A stretch of 58,254 bases of DNA from a virus (IMGVR_UViG_3300020235_001162:1-58254); one strand, 5' to 3'. Counted from the stretch's first letter, positions 46,333 through 54,508 are shown. Notes: a model not told the origin generated them from the sequence alone. Numbers and translations are program-made.

Positions 46333-46715
46333 GGCAACAGGCTCCCTTCGGTGATGTCTTCGATGCCAGCGATCCTGCGGACTTCAGGGTCGCAGTCTTG
46401 GATGGAGCCAAGGCGTCCGTACAGGTCGGCGAGGGCACGGGCGATGGCCCGATTCTCCGCACGCAACCCGGCCTTGGTGAGGACACCGTTGCCCATGGTA
46501 GCTTCACGCTTGAAGGGCCAAGCCTTCTTCATCTGGGTGACCCAGAGGTTCTTGAGGTTGGCGGAGGTGATGGGGTGGCCCAGCTCCGACCCCGCCTTGC
46601 GTGCGACCTCGGTTGCCGTGAGGCCCTTTGAAACACACCAGTCGATGTGCTTGTTCAGCCACTTGGCGAGGGCGTACTTCTGGTTGAACTTCAGTACGTT
46701 GTGTTGTCCGGTCAT
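46329..46715 (-). CDS. hypothetical protein, possible HTH
   Basis: TATEVARKAGSELGHPITSANLKNL; ATGA coupling. Confidence 0.65.
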   Translation of the reverse strand: MTGQHNVLKFNQKYALAKWLNKHIDWCVSKGLTATEVARKAGSELGHPITSANLKNLWVTQMKKAWPFKREATMGNGVLTKAGLRAENRAIARALADLYGRLGSIQDCDPEVRRIAGIEDITEGSLLP

Positions 46716-47548
46716 TTGGACAGCTCCTTCAGACGGTAGGCTGGAACGTCCAGCTCGATGGGTCGCTGCGGCACACCCGGCCACTTACCCGTCTCACTGC
46801 ACTGCTTCCAAGTTTCCAAGTATCGGCGGACCTCGATGCCGCCGAGGGTGAGGCTCTTCTCCCCGATGGGGTACAGGGCACAGTCGAACGGCGGCTCGTT
46901 CTCGACCACCGCCAGCACGAAGTTGGCGTCGGTCTTGCCGGTGATGGTCCGGTAGCCGCCGAGGTAGAAGGCACCTTGAACGTGGTACCCACGGTCGTAC
47001 AGCTCCCGGCTCATGAAGTCCTCGGAGCAGTTGCGGGAGGTCTTCAGGTCACCGAGGGTGGCCCACTTGTCGTCGATCAGGGCATCGACGAGGCCCTTGC
47101 AGAGCAGGCCAGTGACCTCGTCACGCCAGACCAGCATCGCCTCCCGCTCCGGGCCGCGTTCGAACAGGCGGTGGATGTCGGGGTGCTTGTGCAGGGCCTC
47201 GCCCATCTGGCAGGCGTAGTCGTAGGACAGCTTGCCAGTCTCAGGCAGGATGATCTTGCCCTCGGCTGCGTTCAAGGCGTCGGCGTATGCCTGCTTGCCG
47301 ACCGTCGTGCGACGGTCAACCTTGGGCATGACGTGGTACCGGGCGGGGAAGTCCTCGGCCTCCAGAGTGGCGACGTGGACTGCGGTGCCGAAGGCCATCG
47401 GTTCGGTCGTCTCTGGGTTGTCCAGCTTGTGACGTGCATACTTCGCGGAGCGAGCCAGCAGCTTCAAGCTCGACTGGTTCGCCGCTCGGATGGCGTCGTA
47501 CTCTTCACGGTCTACACCGTAGAAGATACCGGTTTGGGTGTCGGGCAT
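46712..47548 (-). CDS. RecE/exonuclease VIII-like PD-(D/E)XK nuclease (DUF3799)
   Basis: QSSLK, FGTAVHVATLE, CKGLVD, DLKTS, YHVQGAFY, VENEPPF. Confidence 0.9.
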   Translation of the reverse strand: MPDTQTGIFYGVDREEYDAIRAANQSSLKLLARSAKYARHKLDNPETTEPMAFGTAVHVATLEAEDFPARYHVMPKVDRRTTVGKQAYADALNAAEGKIILPETGKLSYDYACQMGEALHKHPDIHRLFERGPEREAMLVWRDEVTGLLCKGLVDALIDDKWATLGDLKTSRNCSEDFMSRELYDRGYHVQGAFYLGGYRTITGKTDANFVLAVVENEPPFDCALYPIGEKSLTLGGIEVRRYLETWKQCSETGKWPGVPQRPIELDVPAYRLKELSK

Positions 47549-47590
47549 GTGGTGAGTCCTTTCAGAAGGTGAGGAAATGAACAGAGTCAC

Positions 47591-47619
47591 ATACTAGGAA
47601 GGCGGTCGCCAACTGTCAA
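47591..47619 (-). promoter_or_regulatory. sigma70-type promoter
   Basis: TTGACA-17-TAGTAT. Confidence 0.75.
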
Positions 47620-47637
47620 GCTGACGACCGGGTAATT

Positions 47638-48114
47638 TCAGAATTGGGGGGAGTCGTCCCCGGCCCACGGTAGGGTCACGTCCTTGAACGGGTCCGAGGA
47701 CGAGAGCCACCCCTCAGATTTGGCAGCTGTAGGGTGAGAGTGAACCCAGTTATGACACCCGCGACAGAGCGTGGCACCGTTTCCCGGATGATGACAGCCG
47801 CCCCTTCCACGCGGGGTAACGTGGTGAGCGTCCATCTGTCCGTTGTCACGGTAACACCTGAGGCATGTGCGGTGGTCACGCAGCAGGACAGCGGAACGAA
47901 ACCGAGAGGAGTCCATATCGACGGCATTGGCCTGTTTCCTTTGCTTGCCAAGCCTTCGCATGGTGGCTTGGAGGTGAGTGTTTGCGGTCTTGCGGCAGAG
48001 CGATTGTATGATGGGCTTGTCGAGGTCGGGGTGGGTGAGGTAGAGGTCGGAGTGCCGGAACTCCCAGCTACCGCCCAACGCCTCCCACTTCTTGATCGCG
48101 GGACGGATATTCAT
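47638..48114 (-). CDS. HNH endonuclease with N-terminal extension
   Basis: RDHRTCLRC...DAHHVTPRGRGG...NGATLCRGCHNWVH. Confidence 0.88.
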   Translation of the reverse strand: MNIRPAIKKWEALGGSWEFRHSDLYLTHPDLDKPIIQSLCRKTANTHLQATMRRLGKQRKQANAVDMDSSRFRSAVLLRDHRTCLRCYRDNGQMDAHHVTPRGRGGCHHPGNGATLCRGCHNWVHSHPTAAKSEGWLSSSDPFKDVTLPWAGDDSPQF

Positions 48115-48436
48115 CGTGTTCTTCCTTGACTATGCCGTACCGGAGGCACTGCTGGAGGATCTGGTAGACACGCTGTCGTGAGAGTGAACAGATCAGACCG
48201 ATCTCGGTCAGGTCAGGGTTCGGCCACTGGTCTATCAGCTCGGCAACCACCTTGACCACGCTCACCTTGGTATAGCTGGGCAGGATGACTCCGAACTCAT
48301 GGCATGCAACCTTGGCCCATGCCACCGACACCTTGTACTTGGTGGCGGCGTCAATCAGGCCCATGCCACCCTCGATGTCGGTGGCGATCTCCGCCCGGCG
48401 GGCTCGACGTTCAGGGTGAGATAGAGCCAATGACAT
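48068..48436 (-). CDS. HTH DNA-binding protein (sigma70 region 4-like)
   Basis: LIDAATKYKVSVAW and LTEIGLICSLSRQRVYQIL. Confidence 0.7.
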   Translation of the reverse strand: MSLALSHPERRARRAEIATDIEGGMGLIDAATKYKVSVAWAKVACHEFGVILPSYTKVSVVKVVAELIDQWPNPDLTEIGLICSLSRQRVYQILQQCLRYGIVKEEHDEYPSRDQEVGGVGR

Positions 48437-48785
48437 CTTTCGCCTCCTTCTGAGCTTCGACGCTCTGCTTGGCCCGATCGTAGAGGGCTCGGTTCTGTTG
48501 GGCATCGACCTGCTTGAGGATGTTGCCCTTCGCCCGCTCAAGCATGCCCAGCATGTCGATCAGGTCGAAGTGGAACTTGTTGGCTGAGAGGATGAGGATG
48601 GCCTCGACCACCGACCCTAGCACCGCTCGATGCAGCTGGCGGTCGCCTTCCTGCACCTCAGTGGCGAGGGTTTTGGGATTGATGGTGCTGGTGTACTCCT
48701 TGAGGATGGTCCATGCGATCTCCCCGAACGTGTTGGGCTGGATGTTCTGGCCCTTCACGTCGAGGCTGGGCAGCTTGTCGGTCAT
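48411..48785 (-). CDS. hypothetical protein
   Basis: AAGGAGG RBS, 124 aa. Confidence 0.8.
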   Translation of the reverse strand: MTDKLPSLDVKGQNIQPNTFGEIAWTILKEYTSTINPKTLATEVQEGDRQLHRAVLGSVVEAILILSANKFHFDLIDMLGMLERAKGNILKQVDAQQNRALYDRAKQSVEAQKEAKDVIGSISP

Positions 48786-48803
48786 GTTGACCTCCTTGTC
48801 TGT

Positions 48804-48818
48804 GTCGCCAATGGCGAC
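48804..48818. repeat. 15-bp palindrome copy 10 (between a terminator and an RBS)
   Basis: exact match. Confidence 0.95.
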
Positions 48819-48829
48819 TGGGGTGATTG

Positions 48830-48863
48830 AAAAGCCCGGCGTCAGCTTGAACCGACGCCGGGC
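48830..48863 (-). terminator. intrinsic terminator
   Basis: GCCCGGCGTCGG-TTCAAG-CTGACGCCGGGC-TTTT. Confidence 0.75.
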
Positions 48864-48878
48864 GGGGGGGGGAGAAGA

Positions 48879-49715
48879 TCAGGCTTGCACGGTGATCGTG
48901 TCGTCCTCGGTCACGTCGGTGACCCGCTCGATGCCCAGCTTGTCCTTGGGCTTGAACAGGGGGACGCCACACTGGAGGTCCATCAGGGCGTGGAGGCCCA
49001 TCGTCCGCTCAGGCATGTCGAACAGGCCGCGTGCCTTCAGTACCTCGGTGAACCCGTTGAACAGACGCCATGCGTTGCGGTCCTCGGCGAACTCTTCGTG
49101 CCGGGGGGCGTGCCACTCTTGCAGAACCTTGGGGATCAGGGTGCAGCCGATGATCCCCTTCTCCATGGACCGTACCACGAAGTCGCGGACGGTCATGTCG
49201 CTGAGCCGCGTGTCCTTGTAGGCCTCCAGCCTCAACTCCTGCTGCTCGGCGAGGCACGCCAACTGCCCGATGGCCTTGTTGATGATGGCGGGCATGTCCC
49301 GGAGGATGTTGCGGCTGTGCTTCCGCTTCAGGGTGACCTGCCCGGAGAAGCACAGGTTGTCGCACACGAAGACGCTGCTGCCCATGCAGAGTCCGGCGGA
49401 GAAGCTCTTGATGTGGCTGTTCCGCAGGCCGGTGATGAGGCAGTAGTCGTCCTGCTCGGCCAAGTCGGCCCACATGGGACCGGACGTGTCCACCTGCAAC
49501 AGGCCGAAGTACTCCTGCCCGCCACGGCGGAGGGCGTGGGCCTCATGGACGATGGTCATCCCGGCCTCTTCGAACGTGTTGCGGACTTGGTCCACCATGT
49601 ACTCATGGGGGATCGGGAAGTGGGAGTCTGTCGGTGACGGGGTAACCGCGTTGCGGACAGAGTCCATGCTGCACTCGTTGGAACCGGAGTGTAGGCTGAG
49701 GTTCGCAAGTCTCAT
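48879..49715 (-). CDS. DUF932-family phage/plasmid protein
   Basis: PIPH, YFGLL, GLRNSH, VFVCDNLCFSG, RKHS, NAWRLFNGFTE. Confidence 0.85.
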   Translation of the reverse strand: MRLANLSLHSGSNECSMDSVRNAVTPSPTDSHFPIPHEYMVDQVRNTFEEAGMTIVHEAHALRRGGQEYFGLLQVDTSGPMWADLAEQDDYCLITGLRNSHIKSFSAGLCMGSSVFVCDNLCFSGQVTLKRKHSRNILRDMPAIINKAIGQLACLAEQQELRLEAYKDTRLSDMTVRDFVVRSMEKGIIGCTLIPKVLQEWHAPRHEEFAEDRNAWRLFNGFTEVLKARGLFDMPERTMGLHALMDLQCGVPLFKPKDKLGIERVTDVTEDDTITVQA

Positions 49716-49766
49716 GGGTTGCTCCTTTGTGAGAGTGGGTGAGAGGGTGCGAAGTTGAACCGTGTA

Positions 49767-49795
49767 AGAATAGGAAGCCCACCCGCCCCGGTCAA
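49767..49795 (-). promoter_or_regulatory. sigma70-type promoter
   Basis: TTGACC-17-TATTCT. Confidence 0.65.
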
Positions 49796-49820
49796 GGGGG
49801 AAGGTCGGGATTTGTCACAA

Positions 49821-49991
49821 TTAGCTGATCGCAAAGAGGATGATGAGAGCCGGGGTGCCGAGGACGCAGGTGACTGTGATGGAGAGTCGGGCTGCCAGCG
49901 GCATGCCCGGCCACCTCTCGGTCACCCATGTGAACACGGGCTTCATCATGAAGAAGCAGGCGATCAGGACACCGATCAGGGGAATGGTCAT
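49821..49991 (-). CDS. 56-aa two-TM membrane peptide
   Basis: MTIPLIGVLIACFFMMKPVFTW...LSITVTCVLGTPALIILFAIS; GGGAG RBS, ATGA overlap; missed by the ORF track. Confidence 0.65.
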   Translation of the reverse strand: MTIPLIGVLIACFFMMKPVFTWVTERWPGMPLAARLSITVTCVLGTPALIILFAIS

Positions 49992-50236
49992 AACGAGTGT
50001 CTCCCTTCGGCTTGCAGGTGACGGGCGAGTGCCGCCGCGTCAGGATCTTCGGCGGGGATGGGGACGAGGGCGAGGGCCACGAACGTGCCATCGTCTTCAC
50101 ACACCAGCAGCCCGCCGCGTGGCACCTTGGCCTCGGCGGAGCTACGGGTCTTGATGCGGCGGGAGTGAGTCGCCACACACAGGCAGTCGCGGGACACAGC
50201 GATGTCCAGAGCCTGCCGGGGACTGTGAGATTTCAT
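49988..50236 (-). CDS. hypothetical protein
   Basis: CTCACCGAAAGGATC RBS element before MKSHSPRQ. Confidence 0.7.
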   Translation of the reverse strand: MKSHSPRQALDIAVSRDCLCVATHSRRIKTRSSAEAKVPRGGLLVCEDDGTFVALALVPIPAEDPDAAALARHLQAEGRHSL

Positions 50237-50273
50237 GCGGATCCTTTCGGTGAGTGAGCAGGACAGAAGCTGC

Positions 50274-50302
50274 ATTGTAGGCAAGTGGTAGGCTGAAGTC
50301 AA
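50274..50302 (-). promoter_or_regulatory. sigma70 promoter, CTAC-N7-CTAC family
   Basis: TTGACT-TCAGCCTACCACTTGCC-TACAAT. Confidence 0.85.
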
Positions 50303-50313
50303 ACGTACAGCCC

Positions 50314-50341
50314 TTGACTGACGGTCGTCGATAGGTAGTAT
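50314..50341 (+). promoter_or_regulatory. divergent promoter, likely giving a leaderless mRNA
   Basis: TTGACT-16-TAGTAT; 6 nt separate it from the ATG at 50348. Confidence 0.65.
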
Positions 50342-50347
50342 CAGGAC

Positions 50348-50656
50348 ATGCCACCGAGTCAAACGATGGTGACAGGCAAAGAGATGCTGGAGAATCTGGA
50401 GAGAATCTTCAGGGAGCTGGACGAGATGGGTGTCCCGATGGGCTACGCCGTCGGTTGTCCCCACGGCACTCCCAAGACGCCGGGTGAGCCCCCGTACCGC
50501 CGGTTTTTCACCTTTCGCGGTCGTCGGCTGGAGTTCTGTGACAAGTGCCACGACGCCATCGAGGACGAGATGAAGGCGATGAACAGAAACCTGCAAAGCC
50601 CCGCCCCGGCGTCAGCCGGGACAGGGGGAGGAGAAAGAAGAAAGGACTTGTGGTGA
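50348..50656 (+). CDS. counter-oriented small Cys-containing protein (YHS/TRASH-like metal-binding candidate)
   Basis: GCPH...FTFRGRRLEFCDKCH; has its own promoter. Confidence 0.6.
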   Translation: MPPSQTMVTGKEMLENLERIFRELDEMGVPMGYAVGCPHGTPKTPGEPPYRRFFTFRGRRLEFCDKCHDAIEDEMKAMNRNLQSPAPASAGTGGGERRKDLW

Positions 50657-50671
50657 GTCGCCAATGGCGAC
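50657..50671. repeat. 15-bp palindrome copy 11 (between convergent stop codons)
   Basis: exact match. Confidence 0.95.
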
Positions 50672-50678
50672 CGCCGCA

Positions 50679-51059
50679 TCATACCGGCATCGGCATGCGG
50701 AAGGACTCCCGTGTCTCGACCCGGACGGCGAGGTCGGGCAGCCCTGCGGCGATCAGCCGGGCGACGTTGAAGTCGTTGAAGATGGCGGCCTCTTGGGAGA
50801 CGCCCGACCAGTGACCACTGGGGGTCAGGAACTTCGGGCCTCCAGTGTAGCTCATGATGGCGAACTGTGCCACCTCCAACGGAGCTTTTGACCTCCGGGC
50901 CTTGACCTCGGTTGGGAAGGGGTCGAAGGGTGCCATCGTCTTGGTCGCCACTGCGGCAGCACGCTCGGCGGTCTTGTCGCCTAGAAGTTTGCGGTCCAGC
51001 TGGCTTGCAGAGTCAACGCCCGCACTCTGCTCGCGGGGATCTTGGGGTGAGTTGGTCAT
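50679..51059 (-). CDS. hypothetical protein
   Basis: 126 aa, ATGA overlap. Confidence 0.7.
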   Translation of the reverse strand: MTNSPQDPREQSAGVDSASQLDRKLLGDKTAERAAAVATKTMAPFDPFPTEVKARRSKAPLEVAQFAIMSYTGGPKFLTPSGHWSGVSQEAAIFNDFNVARLIAAGLPDLAVRVETRESFRMPMPV

Positions 51060-51391
51060 GAGAGATCCCAGTCGGGGTCAGGGGTGATCGTTTCGCCATC
51101 AGAGTTGATGACCGTGAAGCCGATGCGGTGAAGAGTCACGATGATTCGTCGGTTCGTGGTCAGGCTGGCCTCCGGTGCCGGGTCGTCGTAGTCGTACAGC
51201 GGCCCGTAGCTGAACTGGCACGAAGTCTCGCCGGTCTTGATCCAGATTGACAGGCCCATGGGGCAGCCCCAAGTGCCGCCGATCTTGAGTGAGCGGAACA
51301 CTCCTCGGATCCACGCAAGGTCAGATGGTCGGGGTTCCCAAGCCTCAACGTCCGCAGGCTTGTCGCGGGGTTCAGAATGTGAGTGTGACAT
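51056..51391 (-). CDS. hypothetical protein
   Basis: 111 aa, WEPRPSDLAWIR...LKIGGTWGCP. Confidence 0.7.
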   Translation of the reverse strand: MSHSHSEPRDKPADVEAWEPRPSDLAWIRGVFRSLKIGGTWGCPMGLSIWIKTGETSCQFSYGPLYDYDDPAPEASLTTNRRIIVTLHRIGFTVINSDGETITPDPDWDLS

Positions 51392-51420
51392 AAAGACAGC
51401 CGCCCGGTGCCCCGGACGAC

Positions 51421-51720
51421 TGACGAGATTACGTTGCCTATTTTCAGGATGCTGGAGAAGGCACGAACTCCACCCTACCCGGTGATCAACCCGGTCGGGA
51501 CGACCCTTTACGCTAGCTCATGATTGCACCTCGCTGGCCTGTTCGTGGGGTGTTGCAACACCGCACTCTGTGGCCGGTTTCGGGTCAGCCTCACGGCTGC
51601 CCATTGACCTCCTTGGAGGCCGGTTGGTTGTGTCTCGTCAATGCCGGGTCGGCGAGCTTTCGCCCACCCCCAGCATCCCATGCCTTTCCCGTCTGCCCTT
51701 CCGGGTTGACCAGCTAGGGG
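51421..51720 (-). ncRNA. structured ncRNA candidate (about 300 nt)
   Basis: GNRA-capped hairpins and several long-range complementary segments; no good ORF. Confidence 0.5.
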
Positions 51721-51738
51721 CGTCGGCACGGGCTACGG

Positions 51739-51918
51739 TCACGGCTCCACCAGTCGCAGGTGGATCGGGGCGATGGCGGTCAGGTGGGCTCTCACCTCGG
51801 CCTCGGTGCCCTGCATCCTGACCGGGTCGCCCGTGAAGGGGTCGGTGCAGTTGTGAATGCAGGCCCTGCCATCTTCGACAGTGATGCGAGTCTCGATGAA
51901 GTGTTGCACGGCGTTCAT
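51739..51918 (-). CDS. small hypothetical protein
   Basis: AGGAG upstream of MNAVQHF. Confidence 0.6.
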   Translation of the reverse strand: MNAVQHFIETRITVEDGRACIHNCTDPFTGDPVRMQGTEAEVRAHLTAIAPIHLRLVEP

Positions 51919-51971
51919 ATCAGAGGTACTCCTGTACGGGTCAGTCCTGACAACAAAGGTCGGCAGAATAA

Positions 51972-52160
51972 TTTCAGTGTGCCCCCTGCCCGCCACCACG
52001 CATTGGGTGGTGCCTGCCGGTCATGACGGGCAGGTGAGGTTGGGCATGGTCCGGTTGTTGATCCGGCTATTTATCCCCGTTCGATTGCTCCATGGCTGTG
52101 CGGAATGCATTCCGCCCCCCAAGCAGGGACTCGTTTCAACGGGCAGGGGACACACTGAAA
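51972..52160 (-). ncRNA. 189-nt element closed by a 21-bp inverted repeat
   Basis: TTTCAGTGTGCCCCCTGCCCG (51972-51992) and CGGGCAGGGGACACACTGAAA (52140-52160); the one mismatch is a U-G pair on the - strand. Confidence 0.55.
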
Positions 52161-52198
52161 AGGCTGGCCGAGGCTTCCACCCCGGACCCAGCCGCCAC

Positions 52199-52669
52199 TC
52201 ACTCAAATGCTTGCTCTTCCCGGTAGGCCTCGTAGGCCTCGTCGATCCGGCGGCCCTCGGCGTCAGCCATCGCATCGACTCTCGCGTCGTGCAGGGCGTC
52301 GGGGTCTGGCCCATCGGGGCCGTCGTTGTCGTCGATGTCCTCAAGGGTGAACAGGTCGTCGGCGTCGAGCTTGTGTTCGGTCAGGAACACCCGGATGGCA
52401 GCCTCGTCGGTCAGCTCCCAGTCGGTGAAGCTGCCGCCGCAGCCGACCCAGTCGCCGTCGATGACCTCGGCCTCGCAGTGGGCCGTGTCCTTCTCGACGT
52501 GCAGGTAGGTCAGCTTCAGCGTCTCCACCCACTCCTCGCCGGGGCAGGTGTGGCTGGGTGCCTCAAAGTGGTAGGCCACCTCGCCCTTGAGGAACAGGCG
52601 GAACTCGGTGACGACGCCGTCGTTCGTCTCGGTGGTCTTGAGGTCGCGTGTCGCTGTGATCGTGGGCAT
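52199..52669 (-). CDS. highly acidic early protein
   Basis: GAAAGGAGG RBS; D/E-rich C-terminal half. Confidence 0.8.
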   Translation of the reverse strand: MPTITATRDLKTTETNDGVVTEFRLFLKGEVAYHFEAPSHTCPGEEWVETLKLTYLHVEKDTAHCEAEVIDGDWVGCGGSFTDWELTDEAAIRVFLTEHKLDADDLFTLEDIDDNDGPDGPDPDALHDARVDAMADAEGRRIDEAYEAYREEQAFE

Positions 52670-52752
52670 GGTTGCCCTCCTTTCGGTGAATGAAGTGAGC
52701 AGATGCTCAGGGGCGGGCGTCTTCGTCATGTTGCCCGCCCCCGGCCATGCGG

Positions 52753-52947
52753 TCACTCCCTGTTCGGTTGGTCAGGTGACTCTACGACGCGGGTGTCTTC
52801 GACGGCGGTCCATCGGAACATCAGGTCTTCGACGTAGTCCTCGGCGGCCTTCTTGCCTGTCTCGGTGAGAGGCCAGCGGAGCGTGTTGCTGGTGTAGACG
52901 CCGGGACGGCAGGAGTAAGTGTGAACCTCGGCGGCGTAGCTGTTCAC
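52753..52947 (-). CDS. small early protein
   Basis: GAAAGGG RBS, GTG start, first gene after the promoter at 52985. Confidence 0.6.
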   Translation of the reverse strand: MNSYAAEVHTYSCRPGVYTSNTLRWPLTETGKKAAEDYVEDLMFRWTAVEDTRVVESPDQPNRE

Positions 52948-52984
52948 GGGATCCCTTTCAGTGAGAGAGCGGGGGCAGAACAGG

Positions 52985-53013
52985 ATGGTAGGCAAGTGGT
53001 TGCCTCAGGTCAA
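52985..53013 (-). promoter_or_regulatory. sigma70 promoter, CTAC-N7-CTAC family
   Basis: TTGACC-TGAGGCAACCACTTGCC-TACCAT. Confidence 0.8.
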
Positions 53014-53163
53014 GCCACCCGGCAAGTTTCTTTGCCGGGCAGTGGCGGTGAAAGCCTCCCCGCCCGGTTCCCCGGACGGGTGACTGAGTGGCCCTTGTTG
53101 GCGGGTTGCGACCCCGCCTCACCAACGCTTTTGGCACACTCGCGTGTTGGCTGCCGAGATTCG

Positions 53164-53760
53164 TCAGCCCCACGGGAGGCAGTACTTGTCGGCACAGACG
53201 GGGCCGTAGCCCACGGTCAGGCTGCGGCCATCGGTCAGCTCCTTGCCGCAGAAGCAGCAGGATCCCGTCCGCTGCCCGTAGGCAGTGGCGGTCCCCGCCG
53301 GGTCTTCGGCGAAGTCGTGGAGCAGGGTGACGATGGCCGGGTGGCAGTCCCGGCCCCGGTGCAGGGTGCCATCCCTGTCGATCCGCCCGAAGTACTGGTT
53401 GAGCGGGCTGTGGAAGTTGGCCCCGTTGGTCACCCGGATGGATCCGGGGAACTTGGAGGCCGGTCCACACAGGGCGAGGACGACACGGGTGTCGCCCACG
53501 TCCAGCCGCACCTTCGGGTACTTCAGACCGGAGTCCTTGGCGGTCCTGAACAGGGCCACCATGGCGTCGAAGTCGCCGATGTCCTCGACCGCAGCGGCGG
53601 GTGCCGCTGGCTGGCCGGACTCGGTGGCGAGCTTGTCCACCCAGAACCACTGCTTGTCGGACAAGCCGCCCTTGCGTCGGTACTGGGTGCAGAGGCTGGA
53701 GGCGAAGTTGGACGGTCTGTCCATGTTCTCCAGCGTTTCGATCGCTTCGATGTTGGTCAT
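53164..53760 (-). CDS. DUF6011-domain zinc-finger protein
   Basis: LSDKQW N-terminus; YGQRTGSCCFCGKELTDGRSLTVGYGPVCA. Confidence 0.85.
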   Translation of the reverse strand: MTNIEAIETLENMDRPSNFASSLCTQYRRKGGLSDKQWFWVDKLATESGQPAAPAAAVEDIGDFDAMVALFRTAKDSGLKYPKVRLDVGDTRVVLALCGPASKFPGSIRVTNGANFHSPLNQYFGRIDRDGTLHRGRDCHPAIVTLLHDFAEDPAGTATAYGQRTGSCCFCGKELTDGRSLTVGYGPVCADKYCLPWG

Positions 53761-53824
53761 GATCGTGATCCTTTCGGGGTGAGTGGGTGAAAGCTCCCGG
53801 TCCCCGTCAAGGGGCCGGGTAGCT

Positions 53825-53839
53825 GTCGCCATTGGCGAC
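53825..53839. repeat. 15-bp palindrome copy 12 (directly after a stop codon)
   Basis: exact match. Confidence 0.95.
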
Positions 53840-54118
53840 TCAGTCGGAGATGTCCTCGATCATCTCGCAGTTGAGGGTCACATTCTGAGCCTGAAGGCTC
53901 AGGAGCAGGAGCGTCCGGGCGAGGCTGACGAGCGAGCGTTGCACGGTGCCTCCGCTCATGGGCATGCGGGTCCACTCGGCCCTGATGGAGGTGATGCCTG
54001 CACCCTTGCGGATGAAGGTGGCAGCCCCGGTGGTCTTCAGGAACCGGTCGGTGAAGTCCGCAGCTTTATCGGAGACGTGGATGACGAACGTGTAGCGGGT
54101 GACGTTGGTGTCGGACAT
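53840..54118 (-). CDS. small early protein
   Basis: repeat-associated RBS before MSDTNVTRY. Confidence 0.75.
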   Translation of the reverse strand: MSDTNVTRYTFVIHVSDKAADFTDRFLKTTGAATFIRKGAGITSIRAEWTRMPMSGGTVQRSLVSLARTLLLLSLQAQNVTLNCEMIEDISD

Positions 54119-54315
54119 TGGTCTGATCCTTTCGGTGGGTGAGTGGTGAAAAGCCTCGCCGCCCGGTGTCCCGGATGGGAGGCGTTGCCCGTGGGCATTC
54201 CGATTGCGACCGCTGGCACTCCTCCTTTGCAGGGTCATTCCCCGCCTTGTACAGAGTGGTGAACGTCGCACGGTGAAAGCTCCCGGTCTGCTTTCGCAGG
54301 CCGGGCAGCGTTGGG

Positions 54316-54444
54316 TCATGCCTCCGGGTAGAGGCGGATCAGCTCCTTGGCGAGCTGAGGGCGGGCCACGATGGCACGCCATGTCTGGGTCAGGTGGCCG
54401 AGGCGGACGATCCGCTTGACCTTCTCGATCTGATCCTTGGACAT
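54316..54444 (-). CDS. 42-aa basic early peptide
   Basis: GAAAGGA RBS before MSKDQIEKVKRIVR. Confidence 0.7.
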   Translation of the reverse strand: MSKDQIEKVKRIVRLGHLTQTWRAIVARPQLAKELIRLYPEA

Positions 54445-54508
54445 GTCGGTCCTTTCAGGTGAGAGTGACAGAAAAGCTCCCGCCCCGGTTTCCCGGAGCA
54501 GGCAGCGG

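Noticed and set aside
48864-48872. G9 tract as a phase-variation site
   Set aside because: It is intergenic between a stop codon and a terminator, so a length change has no evident effect.
1857-49637. Long + strand ORFs (e.g. 19263..20948, 24203..26143, 16674..17858)
   Set aside because: Antisense shadows of GC-rich - strand genes with no RBS or protein motifs.
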